From: the human T2T-CHM13v2.0 reference genome, Homo sapiens
Strand: one strand, 5' to 3'
Assembly (NCBI RefSeq): GCF_009914755.1
Contig: NC_060925.1
DNA length: 64,000 nt
Positions 49,400-63,076 of this stretch are shown piece by piece (the first letter of the stretch is position 1; each line of letters starts with the position of its first letter). The notes below the pieces were generated by a model. That model was not told where the DNA came from. It searched no databases and was given only the letters and a program-made list of their open reading frames with translations. The position numbers and the translations under genes were made by a program.

Positions 49400-50200
49400 A
49401 GACAAAATGTATTCGCTAAGTCGCAAACGCTCGACATGTTACCATGGTTACAGCTGTCTCCAAAGCCAATGGAATGAGTTGTACTATCGATACGGCCGGG
49501 ACAACTCCGCCCCCGACCCGAAGGCCAATGGTGTGAGACATAATAACAGTCTCCACAAGAACCACAGTCTCTGGTTCCATTGGCGTGCGTCGTCTCTATG
49601 GTTCCCGCCGGAAGGACGCGTCTGCGTCTCTGCGGCGAGCGCGGTTGCTATGACGCCCAGGTCTCCGTAGGCACCTGCAGCTAGCAGCTGAGCGCGTAGG
49701 GGCCGAGCGACCCCGGGACGCTCGCGGCACCCTCCGCAGGAAAATTTCCGACTTGGTTCTTGAGGTTCCTGCCTCAGCCCCAAGGAGGAAAGCACCCATT
49801 CTCCCCTCTTTTCCGCATTACGGGCCTTTTCTGCTTCTCCCCAGTATGGTCCGAAACTACAGGAGGGGAACCCCTCCTGGCCCGGCCTTTCTATTCCCTG
49901 GCTGGAGTGATTCCGCCTGAAGGAGAATTCGCCCGTTTTCCCCGGACCCAGCTGCCACAAGCATTTAGTATTAGGCTGCCGCTTATTATTAGAGCGGGCT
50001 TAGAACATCCTCAGCGAGGTAGGTCGGCGTTCCTTTTCTCACTTAAAGGTGAGGTGTCGAGACGCGCCCCTGGACAGACAACGCCCGAAGGTCCAGGCCA
50101 CTACGAAGTCCACGGAGGGGCAGCTTTCCCCTACGTGTAGGCCCGCGAACAAAGAACTACCGTTTTCTGATTTTTTTTGGCCGATGTTCGTCATGCAGAA
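49400..50200 (+). promoter_or_regulatory. CCDC30: CpG-island promoter / non-coding first exon of CCDC30
   Basis: X-box GTTACCATGGTTAC 49438-49451. CCAAT at 49466 and 49525, ATTGG at 49579. GC box at 49507. Half X-box GTTGCTATGACG at 49644. Plus-strand donors GAG|gtaggt (50019) and AAG|gtgagg (50049). Gene name comes from recalled gene order, not from coding sequence in the window. Confidence 0.7.
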
Positions 50201-51475
50201 CCTTGAATCCCGATGAAGATTTGGAGGCCTTTTGTATCCTCAACATCAGAGGTCATGAAGTCAGTTACCTTCTGCCTTTCAAGCTACAACTTTTTCCACT
50301 TCTCTCATCACTCCAAGCACCAGCTTTCTCATCCTGCTTATTTCACAGCCATTTTAACTTTTCCCTGTTCACGCTGCACATTATTGAATGTCCATTTGTC
50401 TGCACCACCTCTGTCATCTATAGACCACCTCCTTCTGCTTTCCTGCTACAATGCTTTGCGTACCTAAGTATTTCGCATTCTCCAGCTCTGCAGTCATTGG
50501 GAAGATTTTCTGTTTTTCTTTGCACTATGGCAACCTTTCAGTCTTGGGTAAACTAGAGACTAGGAGAAGTGCAAATTGGTAAATATAAACATTAAATACT
50601 GTAGGTCTAGTGTGTTTTGAAAATGGAAAAAAAAATCAAAATTGCAGTATTGGACCCATTTCAGGCTTACATAATGAAAGAAGGTTGTTCCTTGTTTCAT
50701 TAAATTTTATTGATGTGTTTATCAATGTGAAAAGGGCATTCAAAGTGATCATGTAAGACAGGATTTCAACTTTAAGCCCATATGAACCCAACACTGGGGA
50801 TATGATGTAATTTTCTGGAGAGGAGATGATTGAAATAGTACTTGTGCCTTCTTTTCCTGTCAATTTCTGAATCAGAAAACATTCTTTGTGATGTAAGCCA
50901 ATAAATGAAAACAATAAGGAGTGATTGAAAATAAATATTTTTGGCAAGGGAGCAGACACAATTGTTCTAAAAAGGCTGGAACAGAGGGCCTTAAATATGG
51001 CATAAGATTAATTTAGATCCAGTGCAATTTTATTTTAGCTTGGAAAGCTTGACTTAATTTGTCTTACAATACGCATTCCTTGTTGAATCTTACTATTTCT
51101 TCTTCAGTATTCAGGTTTAAAAGTAAACCTATTTTGAGGACATACAGAACATACACATTTTAAACAGCTATTTGGGGCTACAATGATTTGGATATTTTGA
51201 TTTCTCAGTCCAATAGAAGCAGTCGTTTGTGATGTCTCATGCTTAGAGCCAGGTCAAGTTTTTAAATACTGAGAAATTCAGCTTTCTCCTCTAGAATAGA
51301 TCGGAAAACAAAAACAAGTTCTGCAGCCTTTTCAATCTTGCACATTAAATTGGAACTGGATAAAACCTAACTCTTGAAAAAAGTGTTAGATGCTATATTG
51401 TAAGGGGCTTTCCTTTCCTTTCCTCTTCTAATATGTATTTATTGAATAGCAAGGCATAAATTTAAAAACAATTTA

Positions 51476-51682
<207 letters not shown>

Positions 51683-51702
51683 ATTCCTGTCATTCTAGGA
51701 CA

Positions 51703-52025
<323 letters not shown>

Positions 52026-52029
52026 TCTA

Positions 52030-52240
52030 GCACAGTTTTAAACCTGGGGAGTGGGGTGGGGTTTTGCCCCCTGTGAGACATTTGGCAATGTACGTAAGCA
52101 TTTTTAGTTGTCACAACTAGGGATATGCTACTGACATATAGTTGGTAGAGATCAGGGATGCTGCTCCATATCTTAATATGCACAGAACTGCCTCCACAAC
52201 AGCTCAGAATGTCAGTAGTGCCAGGGTTGAGAAACTCTGT
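52030..52240. mobile_element. MER20
   Basis: gacatttggcaatg...ttgtcacaact...cagggatgctgct...gttgagaaactctg. Confidence 0.85.
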
Positions 52241-52739
52241 CTTAACACATCAACAGTTCATTTTTTTGTTCTGTCACTCTTGCTTAGCTGTGTACATTTT
52301 TACATAGTTATGTACATTTTGCCTTTCTTTTTCACTTTATATTTTAAACATTTTTTACATTGCTACAGTGTTTTCAACTTTTGAAAAAAGTATACTAATT
52401 TTATTTGGGAATTGAAAAACTGTGCATAATATGTATTTTATTTAAGATGTGTGTGAGTTTTAAATTATATTTGTGTGAAAGGAGTGGAAAATAGAAGAAA
52501 GAAAGGTTACAGTGAAAAGTCACCTGACAGCATATTTCAGTTTTTGTGGCTGTGCTATGTACTTTGTTCCCTAGAGTCACTCAAAGATTTTGGAATCCAA
52601 AGCTCAGCCTTTGCTCAGAGGCAGGAGATGTGCTATGGCGTAAGATAGGGTCCTGGCCCCTGCAATGCAGTTGGAGAGTACCTACCAGGAGAAAAAACAA
52701 GGAGACTGCACCCATTCTCCTTGTCCTCTTCTCGTTTAA

Positions 52740-53252
<513 letters not shown>

Positions 53253-55456
53253 TAGGTACAGTTTAGATGTCAGAGCATTTATAATTTAGTTTTATTACTT
53301 CAAGATCTAGTTTACTAGAATTTAAAAGTTAATCATCAGGTCTCAATAAATCCACTGGGAAAATGTTTGTTTGGGGATCTCATAGCACCATTCCAGGTAG
53401 AGTGACCTGAATGTCAAAATTTGTGGAAATATAAGCAGCATGATAGGGACCAATAAGTATACTGACATGAATGGCTAATGTCAAGGTGCGGCAGAAGACA
53501 AGGCTAGAGAGACTGGGAGGAACCAGATTGTGAAGAATATCTGGTCCCAAGCTAAAGGGTTTGAACTCTACATGAAAGCAACAAGAAGGTTAAGCAGCAA
53601 GTGATTTGCATTCAGGAGGATCAGTCTGGAGTTTTGCTGAGAATGGATTGGATGAGGGCCAGCCTGGCAGCAGGAACATCAGTTAAGGTTGCTATTATAC
53701 TAAATTGAACAAATAGTAGGCAAGCCTAAACTAAGGCAGTAACCCTAGACATGGAGAGGATGAATTAGAAAATGATGAAAGAAGTACTGCAAATTCAGTG
53801 ACTGGTTGCATACCAGAGTAGAATGAATAGGAAGGAGGATCAAGGATGACTCCTGGGTTTCTGGCTTGGGAAACTATGTTGACAGTGATTTTAACTATGA
53901 AATAGAGAAGGAGGAGGGAAAGATGAATGGGTTGTTCAAGCTGAGTTGTTCACTAGAAAACTGGACACGCATTGGTCTTAAACAGTAGACTCATTTTATA
54001 TTGCCCTCTTAGCTTATAGCCTCTTCTCTGGAACTTGGATCTGTCTGCCAAATCTTGCTTAAAGAGTAGGCCCTCAGAGGCCATATTTGTACCTCTACTT
54101 CCAACCCATTCCATGTACAACTGACTGAATGGGGAAAATACAGGTAACTTTGGAGAGGGGGACACAGCCTATTTGGTGAGCAACAAACAATTGTCTCTTT
54201 CAAAAATTTGAACTAAGAGATACAAAGATAGAAATGGCTTAATCTAAAAAGTCACATTCGCTAAGGACTTGAATAGTTCTTTTCAGCCTTGCTGATGAGC
54301 AAGCAGAGGAAGTTTTTCTCTGTAGAGAAGCAAGAGGAGCAAACTCGCAGGGAAGCTCAGAGACAGAAGACCTCATGGGTCAGGAGAGACTGTTAATGGC
54401 TGTGTAGTTCTGTATCCAATTCCTGTGTAGCCACATTTAGTTTCCAGCATATGTCCTTGTACCTCATCCACTCAATAACCCTCATATAGTAGTTGGGATT
54501 AGCTGGTTGTGTGAGGGACAGAAAGCCCAAAATAATAATGCGTTGAAAAAGAAAGAAATGTATTCCTCCCACATAAAAGTCAAAAATAAAACAATCTATA
54601 ACTGGTGGGGCAGCACCTTGAAATGGTCAGAGACCCAGATTTCTTCTCTCCTGATATTATAGCATCCATGGCATGTGGTTTCCAGCTTATGGTGCCCAGG
54701 ATAGCTGCTCAAGCTTCAGCTATCTTGTCTGAATTCCAGCTAGTAGAAAGGAGTAAGGAGCAAGAAAGGGGGCATCACATTCCTTAAGGACAGTTTCTGG
54801 AAGCACCACATAATTCCATTTACACCCATTGGTCAGAACTTGGTCACCTGGCTGTATCTATCAGTAAGGAAGTCAGTCTTGTGATCAGTCAAAACACTAA
54901 ATATCTTATTTCTGTGGAAGAAGGGAATAGTAAATATTAAAGGACACCAGCAGTCTCTGCCACACTCACCTGTATTTGTTCCAACTTCAATGTGTTTCTG
55001 TTTCTTGCCACTTCTTCTAGATTGATCTGGAGCATAGCAGAGAGAGATTCTTATTTAATCTTTCAAACAACAGAGTGAGGTAGGCATTACTATTACATTT
55101 ATTCTACAGACAGAATAAAAATTTAAAGAAGTTACCTGACTTGTGTAAGTCACACAATTACAAAGTAGCGAAGCCAAGGTTTGAGCCAAGGTATATTAGA
55201 CTCCTGTGCCCAAGCTATTAATCACATGGTAGTGAGAAGGGCAGAGAGCTAAAGGCAGGGTTTTCCTGGAAATGGCAGCATTTGAAGGGATGGAAGAGGA
55301 GGAACCCAGGAAGCATACTGAGAAGGAAAGGCTAGAGACATAGGAGTCAAAACAGGAGAAAGTGACATCACAGAACAGAATTAAAAAAAAAAAAACTTTC
55401 AGGGAAGGAGTGAAGACGTACAGCAAAGAGATCATATGTTAAAACAAACAAAAACA

Positions 55457-55695
55457 GGGCCAGACACAGTGGCTCACGCCTGTAATCCCAGCACTTTGAG
55501 AGGCTGAAATGGGAGGATCACTTGAGCCCCGGTGTTCAATTCCAGCCTGGGCAACATATAAGACCCTCGTCTCTAAAAAAATAATTTTAAAAATAAGATG
55601 GGCATGTTGGCACATTTCTGTAGTCCTAGCTCCTCATGAGGCTGAGTCAGGAGGATCACTAGAGCGCAGGAGTTTGAAACTGTAGTGAGCTATGG
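55457..55695 (+). mobile_element. AluJ (3' truncated)
   Basis: ggccagacacagtggctcacgcc...gaggatcactagagc. Confidence 0.85.
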
Positions 55696-56629
55696 ATATG
55701 GCATTTTGAGTTCATTGTTGACTGATAATTTGAGTACAATGGTAAGAGCAGAAGGCAAAATGCAGCAAGTGTAAGAGTGTGGAAGCCAAGCACAGAAGCC
55801 ACAGTATAGGAGTGTGGGAGACAAATTGTCCAAAACAGGACAGTAGCTAGAGAGGTATATGGTGGGGCTAAAGGAAGGTTATTTCTTGTATCTTTAAGAC
55901 CAGAGATGTCTTGAGCTGAGGACAAGAGAACAGTAGAAAAGGAGATAAGGAACATACAGAAAAGAAAATGCTTCCCTAAGGAAGCAGTATGGGATGGGGC
56001 CTAGAATACAGGTAAAGGGATTAACCTTGATCAGGAGGATGGGAAGCTCTTCCACTGAGAAGGGAAAGAGGACAAGATTGGTAAAGATGAAGGTTGGTAT
56101 GTTGATGAGGAGAAGCAACTGACTGTTTTATGATGACCTTTGTTTTACTAGTTCTCTGGGAGACAAGGTCATTTGCCAAGAGTGAGGGGAGAGATGAGAT
56201 ATTCAGTTTGATGGGAGAGGTAAAAGTTTTGAATAGTTGCTGAGTGAAATAGTAACAGAAACTAGCAACTCATAAATGACCCAGCGGTTGAGAAGCTTGG
56301 CTCAGACCAGAGGCCATGAATTTGTAATGGTTCAGATTTGCATGCCTGTTTGATTTTGTTCTCTATCGGCACTCAGCAACCTAAAATAGGTGGATAATAG
56401 TCAAATGCATGAACTTTTACAGGGCTGAGATTTGCAAGGAAGGTGGGACAAAGGGGTAAGATAACTGGGGATGTTGGTGAAGGATTGAAATGATCAACAG
56501 TTGGGTTTAGGCTTGAGGGGCAAACAAGTGAAGCCAAAGAGTATCTGGTAGTTTGAGAGAGGATGTAATGGTCCAGAGATTGGAGGTCTCACTGTAATTG
56601 TAGAATTCTTTTAGTTTAAGAGAGCAACT

Positions 56630-57345
56630 GCTTCACACCCATTAGGATGGCTATTTTTTTTTTTAAAGTAACCCAAAGTAAGTGTTGACAAGGATGTGAA
56701 GATATTAAGACCTGCATTGCTGGTAGGAACGTAAAATGGTGCAGCTGCAGTAGAAGACAGTAGGACAGTTCCTCAAAAAAAAAGTTAAACATAGAATTAT
56801 ATATCTAACAATTCCACTCCTACGTATATACCCCAAAGAATTGAAAACAGGGATTCAAATACTTTTACACCAGTGTTCATAGCAGCATCATTCACAATAG
56901 TTGAAAGGTGGAAACAACTCCAATGTCCATCAACAGGTGAATGTATAAATAAAATGTGCTATGTACATACAATGGAATATTATTCAATCTTAAATGAAAT
57001 TATGATTAGCGATACAACATGGATGAATCTTGAAGACATTATGCTGCATGAAATAAGCCAATACAAAAGGACAAATATTGTATGATTCCATTTCTATGAG
57101 TTGTATAAAATAGGCAGGTTTATAGAGACAGAAAGTAGAATAGAGATTCCCAGGGCCTGGGGGTGAGGGGAATGAGAAGTTATTGTTTAATGGGTATAGA
57201 GTTTCTGTTTGGCATAATGAAAAATTTCTGGAAATGATTGTGGTGATGGTTAGACAACATTGTGATTGTACTTCATCCCATGGAATTTTATTAAAAATGG
57301 TTAAAATGGTAAATTTTAAGTTATGTATATTTACAACAATTAAGA
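56630..57345 (+). mobile_element. L1M 3' end
   Basis: cttcacacccattaggatggcta...acaacatggatgaatcttgaagacatt...ttacaacaatt. Confidence 0.85.
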
Positions 57346-58392
57346 AAAAGGGGGAAGAAGCATAGAAGGTGTTAGAGGGAGACACATGGAGTTTAGGATG
57401 GCAGGGTTTCAACATTAGCTCAGGCTGTTGATAAGGACTCAGGTGTAGCCATGAGGATGGGCAGCTAAATAAAATGTGCATAAAGATCACTGGCTTTGGG
57501 AGAATGGTCAAGTGAAGGAGCTTGGGTGATTTGTGCACTTGAGTATTGACCTGAAGCCTGTACCGTCCTACTGATCAGCAAGGATCAGATCCAAAGGTAT
57601 TTTCCAATATCCTGATCCCCTTTTCCTTTTAACATCCTCCAACCTTAGACTCCCCTACTCCACCCCTACAGCATGGGGATTATGCTGTTGGGCAAGCAAC
57701 CCACAGTACAGGACTTATAATAATTTAAGCATTTATTTTCTAATTACCTCATCAGTTTATCACAACTGCTTTTAGCACTTTGAGGTATTTGCTTCCAGTC
57801 TTTTCTTTGTGTGTCTGGTGTTTACATAGTTATAATAATACTTTTGCATTGTGCTTTTTCTCTTAGCATTATCACATATTTCTTAGCATTTTTCCATATT
57901 GCCAAATAGTCCTCATAGGATGCTATGTATTCTTAGTATCTTGGGCTCTCTGCTACCCAGGACTAAAACCACAAATAACTGTATGATGCTCAAAGACCTT
58001 GTAGGGAGAAGGGGGAAGATATGAGTGGGGACCAGGTGAAGGAGGTCGGGGGAACAGAAGAAAATTTTTAGTTATATGTCATGAAGAGGACCTACAGAGG
58101 TGCAGGATTCAGACTTGGGTGTTTTTCATCAGTATGAGTATCAGCTGATAATTAAAACCATTTATCATCTATAAATACTGTTGATGTGGAAATGGTAAGA
58201 CTCTAGAAAACTTAGCAATCAAGGAGAAAAATAATAAAAATATGGTTTTGCTTTTAAAAAGCAAAATAGTATATTTATGTGGACTGAAGTACAATAACAA
58301 TTATGTCTGTCACTGCAATTTGGGTCAGATTAACTTGGTTAAAAGTTGTATTTGATTAGAACAGCAAGTCCTATTAATAGTTAGTGGTTTTA

Positions 58393-58627
58393 ATCACTTG
58401 AGGTCAGGAGTTCGAGACGAGCCTGACCAACATGGTGAAACCTCGTCTCTACTAAAAATACAAAAATTAGCCAGGTGTGGTGGCACACACCTGTAATCCC
58501 AGCTACTCAGGAGGCTGAGGCAGGAGAATCACTTGAACCCAGGAGGCAGAGGTACAGTGAGCTGAGATCACACCACTGCACTCCAGCCTGGGCAACAGAG
58601 GTAGACTCCATCTCAAAGAAAAAAAAA
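58393..58627 (+). mobile_element. AluS (5' truncated, with TSD)
   Basis: TSD aatagttagtgg. Confidence 0.9.
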
Positions 58628-59483
58628 TAGTTAGTGGCTCTAGTAACACAGATATCACTTCATCGATCAGCAGATATTTATCTTTCATATACTGTCATAC
58701 TGCAAACTGTTATGTCATGATTACTTGCAACCTAAAAAAATTGATATTGATAGCAGGCTTAGACCAAGAAGTTGCAGAAAAGAACTGAATTAATGAGAAG
58801 TCAACATAAATTATAAGACATATTCTGTGAGTAAAATAAATCCTGGATAGTATAGAATTAGGGGCCTCTCTAGCTTCCAGAGGAATCCTTTTATTTCTAA
58901 ATATGCAATAAAAGGAACAAAGACTTCTTTGGACTTTAAAAAAGAAACAAGAGCCCTTTGGGAGACTTTTCAGATAAAAGTTGCAAACTTTAGAACAGAC
59001 AGAAAAGCTTTTTTTTTTTCCATTGTACATAATTTTCATTAAGTATATCATGTCATTTGTTATTTTAGAAGATACACAGTTGTTCAAAGCTTACATTTTT
59101 CGGTATTACCAGCTGTTTCATTTAAGTGCTCATAACTAGATAACAACAGGAAAAGTAAAATATACATTGTAGAGAGTCTGACTCTAGTCATATATACATA
59201 GACTTCTTTATTCCTGCTTTCAGTTTTCCTCACATAGCAGCTTTGTATGTGTATTGCCAGCTATATTTTGTTCTTTAGAAATATCTTGGATTTTCCAAGA
59301 TATATATACATACACATACATAAGTGTGATGAAGGTTCAGGTAGCTTACTAGCTTTCTATTGCTAGTACCCTAAAGACTAGTACTCTAATAAGGAGACTA
59401 AGGTGGCACCCACATAGATATCTTGCATCCTCAGTTGTGTGTGTGTGTGTGTTCATATACATATGCTTATTTCTTCTATCAAG

Positions 59484-59606
59484 GGAAAAGTTCAGTTAGA
59501 AGACATACTTCACCATCTTGAAAAAGAAGAAATCAATCCCCTTGCTACTACAGAAGAACAACTCTGTTTGGTGCTTATTCCAGCCAGCACAGTGAAGACA
59601 GGCTGA
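59484..59606 (+). CDS. PPCS: Putative alternative last coding exon of PPCS (GKVQLEDILHHLEKEEINPLATTEEQLCLVLIPASTVKTG*)
   Basis: Phase-0 acceptor ttcttctatcaag|GGA matches the phase-0 donor of PPCS exon 2. 40 codons + TGA. ATTAAA twice, at 59723 and 59736. Confidence 0.55.
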   Translation, partial: GKVQLEDILHHLEKEEINPLATTEEQLCLVLIPASTVKTG

Positions 59607-59665
59607 GGACTGCTACCACAGATGTAGAAGAGCTTATAGTGAAGCACATGGGTGAAACAAAAGAA
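59484..59665 (+). pseudogene. Frameshifted relic coding exon (putative ancestral CCDC30 N-terminus)
   Basis: AG...GAA|gtgaga boundaries. Three frame blocks: GKVQLEDILHHLEKEEINPLATTEEQLC / WCLFQ / QHSEDRLRTATTDVEELIVKHMGETKE. CCAG tandem duplication at the second shift. Confidence 0.6.
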
Positions 59666-61723
59666 GTGAGAACTAATAGCATAGAATTTTAAAGACACCT
59701 GTGATTTTGTTCATTGCCCTTCATTAAATTGACATATTAAAAACTAATGTTTGGCTATCACTGTATAGTTTGAAAAGCACCCACGTGTAGACCTTTTTTT
59801 TTTTCTAATGAAACATGGCAACAGTCTGTGTTGGTTTCCATTAAGACTCCATGTATAGGATGTTGCCCAGTGATGACTGGCTGAACATCTAAACAGGACT
59901 GCTCCAGGTAGCTTTCATTATCTTGGTAAAGTCATCCTTCTCTCAGGAGCTGACCTTCTAGGTGACTCTTTTTTTTGAAGGCTTGGAAACTAATGTCGGC
60001 ATAGTATCAGTGGATCTGCTTCTCAAAGGTGGGCTTGTATTAACCAAAGTCATAGAGATGAGACACCTCCTTTTTAATTGACAATAAGAAATATAATTGC
60101 CAGAGGAACTAAACATGTATTTTTGGTGGCTGATGTATTCTCTTACAGGCACATTATGTGGGAAGCCAACTTTTAATTAGATGTTTACTTGGTGAACAAA
60201 TGATTCTAACTTTTTATAGCATTGGCTGAGATAGCCAGGTTTCCACAATAGGGCTATCTATATCTACCCTCGTTTCTGGACCTCATATCCTAGGACCAGG
60301 CACCTAGTGCTTAGAGGAGTAGATAAAGCTATTTTTTTTTTGGCCCTATTGTTACTCTCTTGGATGTTTCCAATACTCATCAACATACTTTCTTTAAATG
60401 AACTAATGAATTATCTCAGGTTGCCTGGGAATCACTCTGCTATGTTTTCACATCTCAGCTTCACACAGGTAACATTTTTAAATTTAATTCTTAAAGGACA
60501 ATCCAATCTCCAAATTCTAAAGAAGAATGCAGCTCCTTTAGAATGAAAAGCAGTATAGCATCATAGAGTGTGAACTTTAACATTAGGCAGATGGGGGTGA
60601 AAAGTTGCCTTTAGCATTATCTTTCTGTTTAACCCTGGGCAAGTTACTCAACTGCTTTGAGCTTGAAATTTCTGTCTGTAAGATAGAGATGTTAATAGCA
60701 TCTTCAAAGGGATTTGTGAGATTTATACAGGTTAGTGTGTATAAATTACCCATGTACTTGGCACCTAGCAAGTGTTCAATAAATGATAGCTATTATCATT
60801 AGAAATGGATATTGTTCCTGCCATTTTAAAGAGGAAACGAAAGCTTGCCAGGAAGTGATAAAGTTGAACTGTGATTCCTATGTTCCTTCTATACTATTCA
60901 TCTTTCTGTACATATTTTAAGGAGTTTTCCTATAGGCTTCCAAAGAATTCACCAAAATGCAATTCAGTTATTTCGGTAGTCTACTTCTAAGCACTTTGGC
61001 GTACTAAGAACTCAGTCTCTGGTTTCTACCCATCAGAGTATGAATTCTAGCTCCTCCCCTTATTCCCTATGTGACAAGGCAAGTCTCTTAGCCTCTCTAA
61101 GCCTGCTTCTTCACCTCCAAAGTGGGAGAATAATAGTCCCATGTGGTTGTGGAGACAATTAAATATTTGATGTACTTAATATAGTGCCTGGAGCATATTC
61201 GCTTTCTACCTGTTATTATGCACATAAAAGTAGCTTTTTGTGAAGCCGTTATATTAACTGCAAGCTTTTCAAAGAATACACAACAATTTTTAATGTAATC
61301 TCCTGTTAACATTTAATCATCTTAGCCATCAGTTTCAGCATAGCAGTATAAACCTAATTATTATGTAGATTTTTTTCTGTTCATGGATATCATGACCATA
61401 TTTCCTAAACCACAGAGAGGGAAACTTGATTTAAAACCTGGTATGTTGATAGAAAAAAATATTAGAGATTGGGACTGTCCCAGAAATTTGTGGTTACATG
61501 TCATCATACCTATGGGAAACATAGTGTATGATAATGTAAGACAGCTGGAAGGGAGTTTAGAGCCAGATGCCAACACTTGAGGAAAGCTGAGTTTTCTGTT
61601 GATTTCTCAGATTATAGTCATGATAGAATGGTGATCTCTTAATTGCTCTTTCACTTCCCGGACCTTTAATATGGATTAAAATATGAGCCATGGACTAAAA
61701 GTAAGAAAATGTGTTTTTTTTAG

Positions 61724-61847
61724 GTGGAAAATTATGCAAACTGTATTTGTAACCTAACAGAGGGAAGAGAAGCATTTTTTCATGGTTATGATGAAAAGGA
61801 AAATGAACAGCTTAGACATGAGTTTAAAGAGCTCCAACTCAAACAGA
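61724..61847 (+). pseudogene. Second relic coding exon (VENYANCICNLTEGREAFFHGYDEKENEQLRHEFKELQLKQ)
   Basis: Acceptor gtgttttttttag|GTG, phase 0. 41 open codons with a heptad/E-K-Q-rich pattern. Degenerate donor A|gttgtt. Confidence 0.6.
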
Positions 61848-62214
61848 GTTGTTTTTCCTTTTGTGGGCATGTCATTTTAAAACTTCTTCCCTAATTCTAG
61901 AAATTAACATATGACATTATAGAAAATTTGAGAAATGTATGCTCTTATAAAGAAGGGAAAAATTATATCTTCTACCCCAAGAAAAGTATAATACTTCTAA
62001 TGTTTTAAGTGTATTTTCTGCCTGTCTTTTAAAAAAGTATGTATTCTGAAATAGTCTGAAATGTGTATGAGAGTGCAGGGTATTTTCTTTCAGTGTCTAT
62101 TACAGCACTTACCACACTATATTATAATCAGTATCAGCTCCTCTGGAGTAGAGATCATGTCCTAGTTTTAGTGATTTGTGTCTCTCACAGTACCTGGCTT
62201 GTAAAGTACCCAGT

Positions 62215-62683
62215 TTAGGGGAGGCAAAACTTTACCTCTTCCTCTTTAGGTTTTTTTTTTCCCAGCTGAGCCTGAGAATTAAGTTGATATAAAACAGATT
62301 AACAGGAGAAAAGCATACACATTTATTTAAATTGGAAATAAATGGAGATGAAGACCCAAAGAAGCACTTAGAATCAATCTCTCATATACTGAATTGGACA
62401 GACAATAGTAAGCTGTGAAATGCAACTAAATATATGGAAAGGCTGAAAAGATAAGAGTTACTTTAACAAGGTCTGTAAAGAATTCTCTTGGCCTCAACTT
62501 CCCATCCTTAATCAGAAGAGTGTTGTTTTCCTTCTAGCAAAGGGAGGGCATCTTTGAACATGGGAATTTCATCTCCTGCTTTTAAGAAATGGAAGATCAG
62601 AATGATCTTGCACCTGCTGTTTTTCAAGTGTGTTTAACTCAAAATAGTCAATATACCAGAGTAGTGTATTTTTAACTCCTTCA
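62215..62683 (-). mobile_element. ERV1-class solo LTR (MER34/MER39-like)
   Basis: Minus strand begins tgaaggagttaaaaatacactactctgg; LTR-like composition. Family assignment tentative. Confidence 0.5.
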
Positions 62684-62798
62684 CTAGCATATTAAGGACT
62701 TAGAAAATATTAAGTACTTCAAAGCTGCAAAGGAAAATACAGATAGAACCCTTTTAGAATATTCTATATTTGTGTAGGTACACACTTAGGTGCTATTA

Positions 62799-63076
<278 letters not shown>

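Noticed and set aside
49380-50140. ORFs of 96-158 aa on both strands in the CCDC30 CpG island
   Set aside because: Expected from GC-rich, stop-poor sequence; mostly non-ATG starts; no domain-like pattern.
58757-58826. Possible small exon (tagcag|GC...TCT|gtgagt)
   Set aside because: Poor polypyrimidine tract, early stop in the most plausible frame, no link to the reconstructed peptide.
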